From assembly GCA_016722065.1 (NCBI GenBank), contig JADKGX010000001.1:1036951-1100950 (forward strand): a stretch of DNA of 64,000 nt, read 5' to 3'. The notes beneath the pieces are model-generated. The model was not told the DNA's origin and searched no databases. It worked only from the letters and a program-made list of their open reading frames with translations. This document shows, one piece after another, positions 55,521-63,347 of the stretch. This DNA comes from Planctomycetota bacterium. GTDB lineage: Bacteria; Planctomycetota; UBA8742; UBA2392. Numbering within the stretch: position 1 is the stretch's first letter; each line of letters starts with the position of its first letter. Position numbers and translations under genes: made by a program.

Positions 55521-57065
55521 ATGCACGCCGAGCAAGCCTACCTGTTTCGCCACGCCCTGCTGCGCGACGCCGCGTACCAGCTGCAACTTCCGGCGGACCG
55601 GGGGCAACTGCATGGGCTGGCGCTGGCGGCGATTGAGTCCGTGTTGGGCGGGCCGCCACCTGCACCGGCCGACGACGACCTGCCGGCCTCCGATCGATGG
55701 TCGCCCCACCCCATGGACAGCAGCGCGGCGGAACTTGCGCATCACGCAGCGCTGGCGCTGCAGGCGGACAGCCCGCCAAACCCGGCGCTAAGAGATGCGC
55801 GTCGCCTGTACCTGCACCGCGCCGCGGGCCACGCAGAGCAGCAACTGGCACTGCGGTCGGCAATCGTGCTGTGGCGCGAGCTTGCCGCTGAAACCGATGG
55901 CAAACTTTCGGCCATGTGTTTGCGGCGCGCGGCACTCAGTGCTGAAGCCACTGGCGACATCACATCCGCGCATGCACTTTTCAAGGCTGCTCTGGTCGCA
56001 TATCGCGCGCTTGGCCTGCGGCTGAATGAGGGCGTGGCGCTGGGCAACCTTGCCGGGTTGTTTGCAGCGCGCGGCGACATCGAACAGGCCGAGAAACACT
56101 ACCAGCAGGCGCTTGCGATCCACCGCGAACTCGATAACCGGCGCAGCGTGGCAATCATGCTGGGCAACCTGGCCAACCTGTGCAAGGACACCGGTCGCGC
56201 AGCGCAAGCCGAAGAACTGTACCAGCAGGCACTGGCACACCACCGCCAAGACAACGACCGCAACGGCGAAGCGATCGTGCTGGGCAATCTTGCCGAACTG
56301 TGGCAATCGCTGGGCCGCACCGCTGACGCCGAGCGCACCTTCGAGCAAGCGCTGGCCATGCACCGCGCCTCCGGCAAGCGACGCTACCAGGCCATGGTCG
56401 GCAGCACGCTGGCGGTGCTGTACTACCAGACTGGCCGACCGCCGCTGGCCTTTGAGCAGATCGCGCAGGCGATTGCAGTGTTTCGCGAGATTGAAGATCG
56501 TCCCGGCCTGACGGTCACGCTGGCGAACCTTGCAACCATGCGCGCCCAGACCGGCGACCTGGCACAGGCCGAACGCGACGCCCTTGAGGCACTGGAACTC
56601 GCACAGGAAATGGGCCGACGGCGGCTGGTCGCTGGCACGCTGATGACGCTGGCGGATATCTATGTGCGCACCGGTCGAGCAGCACAGGCCGAGCCGATGT
56701 TCCGCCGCACGATTGCAATCATGCGCGCACTCAAGGATTCGCACTCCGAGGCGCAATCCAAGGCCGCGTTGGCATCCTTGCTGGGCGAACAGGGCCAACT
56801 GGACGCCGCCGACGCGCTGTTTACCGAGGCGCTGGCAGCGTTGCAGGCGCTGAAGTTTCTGCGCGACGAAGGGGCCGTGCATTGCGACCACGCACTGGTG
56901 GCGCTGGCTCGCGGAGATCTGGCACTGGCCCGCCAACGATGGCAACGTGGCCAGGGCATGCTGGCCGAGGCAGGCGACGAAGTTGAGCGCAGACTCAAGC
57001 GCGAGGCTATGCGCAATGCCTGTGCAGCAGCTGGCATGGCACTGCTGGACAGCGACACAACATGA
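55521..57065 (+). CDS. TPR-repeat protein, paralog 6 of 7
   Basis: Start moved to ATG 55521 (MHAEQAYLFRHALLRDAAYQLQLPADRGQLHGLALAAIE), then ..AELAHHA.. and about eight 40-aa repeats. Confidence 0.8.
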   Translation: MHAEQAYLFRHALLRDAAYQLQLPADRGQLHGLALAAIESVLGGPPPAPADDDLPASDRWSPHPMDSSAAELAHHAALALQADSPPNPALRDARRLYLHRAAGHAEQQLALRSAIVLWRELAAETDGKLSAMCLRRAALSAEATGDITSAHALFKAALVAYRALGLRLNEGVALGNLAGLFAARGDIEQAEKHYQQALAIHRELDNRRSVAIMLGNLANLCKDTGRAAQAEELYQQALAHHRQDNDRNGEAIVLGNLAELWQSLGRTADAERTFEQALAMHRASGKRRYQAMVGSTLAVLYYQTGRPPLAFEQIAQAIAVFREIEDRPGLTVTLANLATMRAQTGDLAQAERDALEALELAQEMGRRRLVAGTLMTLADIYVRTGRAAQAEPMFRRTIAIMRALKDSHSEAQSKAALASLLGEQGQLDAADALFTEALAALQALKFLRDEGAVHCDHALVALARGDLALARQRWQRGQGMLAEAGDEVERRLKREAMRNACAAAGMALLDSDTT

Positions 57066-58366
57066 TCGACTCCGAAACTGCCTATCTGTTTCGACACGCG
57101 CTGTTGCGCGATGCTGCGTACCAGCTTCATATGCCGCAACAACGAGCCGACCTGCACGGGGAGGCGGCAGAATTGCTGTTGGAACTGCATGGCCAAGCTC
57201 CTGCGCCCCAGCCCGGTCTTGAGATCCTTGCACACCTGCGAACGGCCGCCGAAACCTTGGGCCAGCTTTCGGATGAGTCCGACGGCAACGGCCAGGTGGA
57301 GTTGCGGGAGGGCGGCCGCGCCAAGGCCTTGCTTCAGCGCGAGTTTGCATTGCTGGAGCCGATCGCCATCGAGCTTGGTCGCCGCCGGGACTTGCCCGCA
57401 TTGCTGGCCGTAAGGCAAAGACAACTCCACCACCCCCTTCAGGCCCAGCAATCCAAGGGTGCGGCGCGCCTGGTCTATGCCATCGCCTTGCGCATGTGCG
57501 GCCGTGTGCCAGAGGCTGAATCCATCTATCGCGACGTACTTGCTTCTGCCCAGGCACAAACGGATGCCCTGCTACGCGGACGTTGCGTGGCTGGTCTGGC
57601 CACGATCTTCCAGTACACCGGAAGAGTAAGCGAGGCCGAGACACTGACCCTGGAGGCGATCGAGATTTCGAGGCAGTTGCAGAACAATCCAATGCTCGCT
57701 GTACAGCTTGGAAACTACGGTTCGCTTCTCAAGGAAACCGGCAGGGCAGCCCTGGCTGTTGAACCAACGCAACAGGCCGTGAACCTTGCGCTCGCCACCG
57801 GCCAGACGGACGTCGCCTACAGGTATATGGCAAACCTGACCGGGATTCTCGTGGATGTCGGCGATAACGCTGGAGCCATTGCCATGGGTCGCCGGTGCCT
57901 GGAACTGGTCGTTCAATGGCACATGCCCGACGTGGAAGGAGTGTGCCGCGGGAACATGGCGGCGGCGCTGTCTGCTACAGGCGACCAAAGTACCGCAGAT
58001 AACGAATTCCGGGTCGCGCTGCGGCTCGCCATGGCTTCGGGCGACCACAGAGTCGCGGCCGTTTGGGCATCCGTCGTCGCCCTGAGGGCAATCCGAAAGC
58101 GCGATATCAATGCGGCCGAGTTGGTGCTGCGCCAAGGCCTGGCATCTGCCCTAGAAGCCAACGCCCCGGTCTCTGTTGCAAGGTGCAGCGCCATGCTGAC
58201 GTTGCTGCAACCAGAAGATCAACGCGATCAAGAGCAATTGGACGAAACACTGGCCACCCTTCGCAAGGCGCGGGATGCCAACGCGATCAATGACATTCTC
58301 GAAGCCGCACAACATCTTGGAATCGACATGGCAGACGTAGATGTCGATGGGTCTGCGAATCGCTGA
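57062..58366 (+). CDS. TPR-repeat protein, paralog 7 of 7 (most divergent, lower-GC C-terminal half)
   Basis: ATGA overlap with paralog 6. MIDSETAYLFRHALLRDAAYQLHMPQQRADLHGEAAELLLE. Degenerate repeats. Confidence 0.75.
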   Translation: MIDSETAYLFRHALLRDAAYQLHMPQQRADLHGEAAELLLELHGQAPAPQPGLEILAHLRTAAETLGQLSDESDGNGQVELREGGRAKALLQREFALLEPIAIELGRRRDLPALLAVRQRQLHHPLQAQQSKGAARLVYAIALRMCGRVPEAESIYRDVLASAQAQTDALLRGRCVAGLATIFQYTGRVSEAETLTLEAIEISRQLQNNPMLAVQLGNYGSLLKETGRAALAVEPTQQAVNLALATGQTDVAYRYMANLTGILVDVGDNAGAIAMGRRCLELVVQWHMPDVEGVCRGNMAAALSATGDQSTADNEFRVALRLAMASGDHRVAAVWASVVALRAIRKRDINAAELVLRQGLASALEANAPVSVARCSAMLTLLQPEDQRDQEQLDETLATLRKARDANAINDILEAAQHLGIDMADVDVDGSANR

Positions 58367-58404
58367 TCATTCGCACTCAACTGCCAGCGCAGTCCAAGGG
58401 CGCC

Positions 58405-58434
58405 TTGGACAATGCCCCCGCGCGCCCCTAGAAT
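58405..58434 (+). promoter_or_regulatory. Sigma-70-like promoter of fhs
   Basis: TTGGAC, 18 nt, TAGAAT. The 7-bp inverted repeat TCCAAGG-GCG-CCTTGGA (58393-58409) overlaps the -35. Confidence 0.45.
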
Positions 58435-58470
58435 CCCCGGCCCACCCAAACCACCTGCTTTGGAGCCGCC

Positions 58471-60159
58471 ATGAAGCCGGACCAGGAAATCGCACGTGCC
58501 GCAAAACTCGAACCGATTGAAAACATTGCCAAGCGCTACGGCATCAACCGCGACGAGCTTGAACTCTATGGCGACGTCAAGGCCAAGGTGAAACTCAGCA
58601 TCGTCGATCGACTGGCCAGCCGCCCCAACGGCAAGTACATCGATATCACCGCCATTTCCCCCACGCCCCTGGGCGAGGGCAAAACCACCAACACCATCGG
58701 CGTCACCATGGGCCTGACACACATCGGCAAGAAGGCCGCCTGTGTGATTCGACAGGCTTCGCTGGGCCCGGTGTTCGGCATCAAGGGTGGCGCAGCCGGC
58801 GGCGGGCAGGCCCAGGTGATTCCACCTGAAGACCTGAACATTCACCTTACGGGCGACATTCACGCCGTGCAGGCCGCCAACAACCTGGCCTGCGCGTTTC
58901 TGGACAACCAGTTGTTCAACGACAACGCCCTGAACATTGACCCCGACACAATCAACATCCGGCGCGGCATGGACATCAACGACCGCGACCTGCGCAACAT
59001 CATCACAGGCTTGCGTGGAAACGGCATTGCCCGCGAAACCGGCTTTGATATCGCGGTCGCCAGCGAGGTCATGGCGATTTTGGCGCTTGCGGAAAACCTG
59101 AAAGACCTGCGCGCGCGCCTGGGCCGTATGGTGGTCGGCTTTAACCGCGATGGCAAAGCCGTCACGGCCGAAGACATCAAGGTCGCCGGAGCCATGACGG
59201 CGATTTTGCGCGACGCGATCAAACCCAACATTTTGCAGACCATTGGCGGCTCGCTGGCGTTTGTCCACTGTGGGCCCTTTGCGAATATTGCCCACGGCAA
59301 CAGCAGCGTCGTGGCCGACCGCGTGGCACTCAAGGTCGCCGATTACGTGGTAACGGAATCAGGCTTCGGGGCCGACATGGGCGCCGAAAAGTTCATGAAC
59401 ATCAAGTGCCGCCAAAGTGGCCTGATACCGGACGCCGTGGGCCTGGTCGCTACAGTGCGCGCGCTGAAATCCAACAGTGGCAAGTTCAAGGTCGTGGCCG
59501 GCAAACCCCTGCCAGACGGTCTGGTCAAGGAAGACCTGGATGCCCTGCGCGCCGGCATGCCCAACCTGGTTCGGCACATCAAGAACATGAAGGCCTTTGG
59601 CCTGCCAGTGGTGGTGGGCATCAACAGCTTTGGCACCGAGTCTCCGGCCGAGATCGAGATGGTCAAGAAAGCCGCCCGCGAGGCCGGGGCTAGCGACTGC
59701 GTCATGAGTGAAGTGTTCGCCAAGGGCGGCGAGGGCGGGGCCGAGTTCGCCAAGGCACTGGTCAAGGCCTGCGAAGAACCCCGCAACTTCAAGCTGACCT
59801 ACGAGAACGACACGCCGATCAAGAAGAAGGTGGAGGCCGTGGCGACCAAAATCTACGGGGCAGCCGGCGTGGATTGGGCACCCGAGGCCAGCAAACGCGT
59901 CAAGCAGTTCGAAGAAGCCGGCTTTGGCAAACTGGCCATCTGCATGGCCAAAACGCAGTACTCGTTTTCCCACGACCCCAAGCTTCTGGGCGCGCCCGAG
60001 GGTTGGACCCTGCCAATCAAGGACGCAAGGTTGAGCGCCGGCGCGGGCTTTGTCTACCTGATCTGCGGCGACATGATGACCATGCCCGGCCTGGGCAAGA
60101 ACCCCGGCGGCCAGAACATAGACATCAACGAAAAGGGCGAGATTGTGGGGATGTTCTAA
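58471..60159 (+). CDS. fhs: Formate--tetrahydrofolate ligase
   Basis: Full-length 562 aa. PTPLGEGKTT P-loop and typical FTHFS sequence throughout (..GGAAGGGQAQVIP.., ..FANIAHGNSSV.., ..PGLGKNPG..). GGAG SD. Confidence 0.95.
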   Translation: MKPDQEIARAAKLEPIENIAKRYGINRDELELYGDVKAKVKLSIVDRLASRPNGKYIDITAISPTPLGEGKTTNTIGVTMGLTHIGKKAACVIRQASLGPVFGIKGGAAGGGQAQVIPPEDLNIHLTGDIHAVQAANNLACAFLDNQLFNDNALNIDPDTINIRRGMDINDRDLRNIITGLRGNGIARETGFDIAVASEVMAILALAENLKDLRARLGRMVVGFNRDGKAVTAEDIKVAGAMTAILRDAIKPNILQTIGGSLAFVHCGPFANIAHGNSSVVADRVALKVADYVVTESGFGADMGAEKFMNIKCRQSGLIPDAVGLVATVRALKSNSGKFKVVAGKPLPDGLVKEDLDALRAGMPNLVRHIKNMKAFGLPVVVGINSFGTESPAEIEMVKKAAREAGASDCVMSEVFAKGGEGGAEFAKALVKACEEPRNFKLTYENDTPIKKKVEAVATKIYGAAGVDWAPEASKRVKQFEEAGFGKLAICMAKTQYSFSHDPKLLGAPEGWTLPIKDARLSAGAGFVYLICGDMMTMPGLGKNPGGQNIDINEKGEIVGMF

Positions 60160-60199
60160 AGGACCGCGGGCATCCTGCCCGGAAACAAAGGGGGCACAC

Positions 60200-60649
60200 A
60201 TGAGGTACCTATGGGCAGTGATGCTGGTGACGGTGCTTTTCGTGGCCGCCTGTGGCGGCGCAAACAACGCGACGTCCAGCAGTTCAAGCGGCGGTTCCAG
60301 CGACAGTGACAAACCCTCGGGGCCGGACCTCACGACACCGGCAGGCACCGCCAAGGCCGTGGCCGAAGCCTTTGGCTCGGGCGACTTCGCGAAGTTCGAC
60401 CCGCTGTGGGCAAAAAGCGTGACCCAGGAAAAGAAGGACAAGTTGAAGAAAGACTACGGTGAACTCGTAGACGCCGGCGGCAGCTTCAAGTTTGAGTTTG
60501 CCGATGCCGACGTGAAGACCGAAGGCGACGACAAGGCCTCCGTGAAGGGCAAGCTGTTCATCACGCCAAAGAAGGGCGAAAAGACAGAAGAAGAAAGCGA
60601 AACCATGCGCTTCGTCAAAGAAGACGGCAAATGGAAGTACACCGGGTAA
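60200..60649 (+). CDS. Small Lys/Glu-rich lipoprotein (DUF4878/NTF2-like fold suspected)
   Basis: ATG 60200 preceded by AAAGGGGG. Lipobox LFVAAC. C-terminal ..MRFVKEDGKWKYTG. Confidence 0.6.
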   Translation: MRYLWAVMLVTVLFVAACGGANNATSSSSSGGSSDSDKPSGPDLTTPAGTAKAVAEAFGSGDFAKFDPLWAKSVTQEKKDKLKKDYGELVDAGGSFKFEFADADVKTEGDDKASVKGKLFITPKKGEKTEEESETMRFVKEDGKWKYTG

Positions 60650-60665
60650 GTACTGGACCGACAGG

Positions 60666-60698
60666 AACGGCGCTGCTTCGGCGGCGCCGTTTTCTTTC
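60666..60698 (+). terminator. Rho-independent terminator with UUCG tetraloop
   Basis: AACGGCGCTGC-TTCG-GCGGCGCCGTT followed by TTTCTTTC. Lies 17 nt after the lipoprotein stop. Confidence 0.8.
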
Positions 60699-60717
60699 GG
60701 GCAAGTGGGACAACACA

Positions 60718-61284
60718 ATGACCCTCACCCTCAAGAAACTCACGCCCGCCCTTTGGCCCGCCGTGGAGGCTCTGTTTGGGGCCAATGGGGCCTGTGGCGG
60801 GTGCTGGTGCATGCACTGGCGCACGGAAAAGGGCCAGTCCTGGGACGACTTCAAGGGCGCGCCCGCCAAGGCCGCCTTCCGCAAACTGGTGCAGTCGGGC
60901 AAGGCCCGCGGCGTGCTGGCTTTTGCTGGCGACACCCCCGTGGGCTGGTGCGCCTATGGCCGGCGCGTGGAGTTTGCCAAGCTCAACCGCGCGCCCAGCC
61001 TGGCCTGTGACGACGCCGAGCAGGTCTGGTCTCTGCCCTGCTTCTTCATCAAGGCCCGATACCGCGACCAGGGCATCGCGGGCAAGCTGCTGGCCTTTGC
61101 GATGCAATGCCTGAAAGAAGAAGGGGCCAAAATCGCCGAGGCCTACCCGGTCAAACCCAAGCCCGGCCAGAAGATGCCCGGCGCCTTTGCCTGGACCGGC
61201 GTGGTCAGCATGTTCAAGCAGGCCGGCTTCCAGCCCGCCGACAGCAAGGCCAAAGGCAAGCAGCGCATGCGTAAGACCCCTTAG
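60718..61284 (+). CDS. GNAT-family N-acetyltransferase
   Basis: Start at ATG 60718 (MTLTLKKLTP..). GACGGCWCMHWR N-terminal Cys motif. Acetyl-CoA site-like region FFIKARYRDQGIAGKLLAFAMQCLKEEGA. Confidence 0.7.
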   Translation: MTLTLKKLTPALWPAVEALFGANGACGGCWCMHWRTEKGQSWDDFKGAPAKAAFRKLVQSGKARGVLAFAGDTPVGWCAYGRRVEFAKLNRAPSLACDDAEQVWSLPCFFIKARYRDQGIAGKLLAFAMQCLKEEGAKIAEAYPVKPKPGQKMPGAFAWTGVVSMFKQAGFQPADSKAKGKQRMRKTP

Positions 61285-61343
61285 CAAAGGCACGCGGCGA
61301 CCTGCTAAAGTCGCCGTCCGTCGCTTGGCCATCAAAGGGCTAT

Positions 61344-62474
61344 ATGCCTGTCGTCCACCAGAACTCAAGCCAGGGGCCGCACTTCCGCACGGGAGATTTT
61401 AACCCGGCTGATTTTGTCGTCGGCCTTGGCGCATTGGTCAACGTGGTTGCTTTTGTGGCCGGCATCTTCATCTCGGGCACTGTATTCAACGCCTTTCTTG
61501 GCCCGGCTGCGCTGGCGGTTGTGGGCGTTGCGGCGTACACCGCGCTGGAAAAGGCCGGCAAGTTCAAAAGTGCCGGCCACCGGCTGCTTCAGGCTTCACT
61601 GTTCATCGGCTTGTGGGGTTTCACCTTGGTGGCGGCGCACTGGGTGCCCTATCTTTGGGTGGCTGGGGCGTCCGTTGGGTTGTTTGCCGCGTCGCTTGTG
61701 TCAGGCGTGTTTGCGGTGCTGAGCAAGCTGTGGAAGTTCCTGGCCGCCCTGTTTGCAATCTGCGCTATCAGCGCAGTCGTGGTACTGCCCCAACCCAGCG
61801 GCACCGAGGACCCCGACGACGAAACCAACAAATGGCGTGTTGAGGTCACCGTGATCGATGCTGACGGCCAGCCTGTGCAGAACGCAACCGTGCGCGTGGC
61901 GGTTGTCATGGCCTGGGATGCGCAGGCCGCGTTGAAGCTCAAAGACTCCACACCCACCGGTGCCGACGGCAGCATTGCCGACCTTACGTTCACCGAAGAC
62001 CCCAAGCTGAAAGCTGTGATTGTTGAGGCCGAGAAAGCCCAAGGCCCCGCCAACGCGGCCTACCCGCTGGTGCGCGAAGTTGGGCTGAACATGACCCGCG
62101 GCGGCAAAGTGTCCATCAAGGTGCAGTTGCACGAAAACGCGCACCCGGACAAAGCCTTTGTGCTGGTCGACGCCAAAGTCAAGCCACACGAGAGCTGGTA
62201 CTACCTGAAGTTCCAGTTGTGGGACGGTCCGCCCGAAGGTGCATTTTGGGGCCATGAAGGAAACCCGCGCCTGTTGCAACAGACTTCCTGGCCTGACATG
62301 CCGGAACACAGCCTTGTGGTCGGCCGTGACCTGGCCGGAAAGGACCTTTACCTGCGGCACAGCTACGAAAGCGGGCCGGAAACCGAAACCGCAACGACGC
62401 ACCTGGTCCCGATCGCCCCCGGTGGCCGCACGCGCGTTGCGCTGAACATACCTGGGCACAAGAACTCTGATTGA
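61344..62474 (+). CDS. Membrane protein (about 5 TM) with C-terminal beta-sandwich (carboxypeptidase-regulatory-like) domain
   Basis: The N-terminal 150 aa are hydrophobic. KWRVEVTVIDADGQPVQNATVRVAVV resembles CarboxypepD_reg-type strands. Confidence 0.55.
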   Translation: MPVVHQNSSQGPHFRTGDFNPADFVVGLGALVNVVAFVAGIFISGTVFNAFLGPAALAVVGVAAYTALEKAGKFKSAGHRLLQASLFIGLWGFTLVAAHWVPYLWVAGASVGLFAASLVSGVFAVLSKLWKFLAALFAICAISAVVVLPQPSGTEDPDDETNKWRVEVTVIDADGQPVQNATVRVAVVMAWDAQAALKLKDSTPTGADGSIADLTFTEDPKLKAVIVEAEKAQGPANAAYPLVREVGLNMTRGGKVSIKVQLHENAHPDKAFVLVDAKVKPHESWYYLKFQLWDGPPEGAFWGHEGNPRLLQQTSWPDMPEHSLVVGRDLAGKDLYLRHSYESGPETETATTHLVPIAPGGRTRVALNIPGHKNSD

Positions 62475-62531
62475 TCCAGCGCGGGCTGACAGTTGGTCTG
62501 ACGGCCCGCCCCGAAGCCTGCACGAAAGGGC

Positions 62532-62560
62532 TTGACCACCACATTACGCTGTTATATATT
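62532..62560 (+). promoter_or_regulatory. Near-consensus sigma-70 promoter of the Lgt-like/radical-SAM operon
   Basis: TTGACC (62532-62537), 17-nt spacer, TATATT (62555-62560). ATG at 62583, with AAGGGA in between. Confidence 0.6.
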
Positions 62561-62582
62561 GCCGTGATACAAGGGACCGGAC

Positions 62583-63347
62583 ATGCACTTTCCTGTGGTC
62601 TTTGAGTTGGGTCCCGCCCTGATTCCGGCGCACCTTGTGTTTGAGGTCGCCGCTTACGGTGTCGGCCTTGCCCTTTACCGCCGCGCGCGCAGCAAACAGG
62701 GACTCTCCGCAGACCAATCGTTATGGCTGCTTGCCGGTGCGGTAATCGGCGCTGCGCTGGGCGCAAAAATCCTGGGTTTCCTGGAGCAGCTTCCACGCAA
62801 TGCAGATTCGCTGTCTGACCCCGCTGTGTGGCTGGAAACAAAGACCATTGTCGGCGGCCTGCTGGGCGCATGGCTGGGTGTCGAGGTCGCCAAGCGCGCC
62901 ACCGGCGTTGCCGCACCCACGGGCGACGCGACGGTGATGGCCTTTCTGGTTGGACTTGCCATCGGCCGCATAGGCTGCTTTCTGACGGGAGTTGAAGACA
63001 TGACGGTGGGGCTGCACACCGACCTGCCCTGGGCGGTGGATTTTGGCGACGGGCCGCGCCACCCCAGCCCGCTTTACGAAATCGGTTTCTGCCTGGCCTT
63101 TGCGGCTGTGTTGCACGCCGCGCGCAAACATCTGCGGCCGGCGGGAGTTGCGTTTCGCGTGATGGTGCTTGGCTACCTGGCGTTTCGGTTTGCGGGCGAC
63201 TTTCTGAAGCCACGCCAGCCCGTTTTGCTTGGTTTGGATGCGATTCAGCTTGCGTCGCTTTGCGGCATGGTTGCCGCAGGGTGGGGCATTTTCCGGCGCT
63301 ACCGGCACGAGGCCAACCATGACCGACAGGCCGTACCACTTCATTGA
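62583..63347 (+). CDS. Prolipoprotein diacylglyceryl transferase (Lgt) family membrane protein
   Basis: Seven hydrophobic segments. Lgt-like motifs GRIGCFLTG and RHPSPLYE. Confidence 0.7.
   Translation: MHFPVVFELGPALIPAHLVFEVAAYGVGLALYRRARSKQGLSADQSLWLLAGAVIGAALGAKILGFLEQLPRNADSLSDPAVWLETKTIVGGLLGAWLGVEVAKRATGVAAPTGDATVMAFLVGLAIGRIGCFLTGVEDMTVGLHTDLPWAVDFGDGPRHPSPLYEIGFCLAFAAVLHAARKHLRPAGVAFRVMVLGYLAFRFAGDFLKPRQPVLLGLDAIQLASLCGMVAAGWGIFRRYRHEANHDRQAVPLH

Noticed and set aside
50698-57692. Very long antisense ORFs across the TPR genes (50698-52218, 52113-53726, 55788-57692 on the minus strand, 506-634 aa)
   Set aside because: Their translations are Arg/Gly/Ala/Pro-rich with no motifs, whereas the plus-strand frames give regular TPR repeats and a conserved N-terminal block. 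These are typical shadow ORFs of high-GC DNA.
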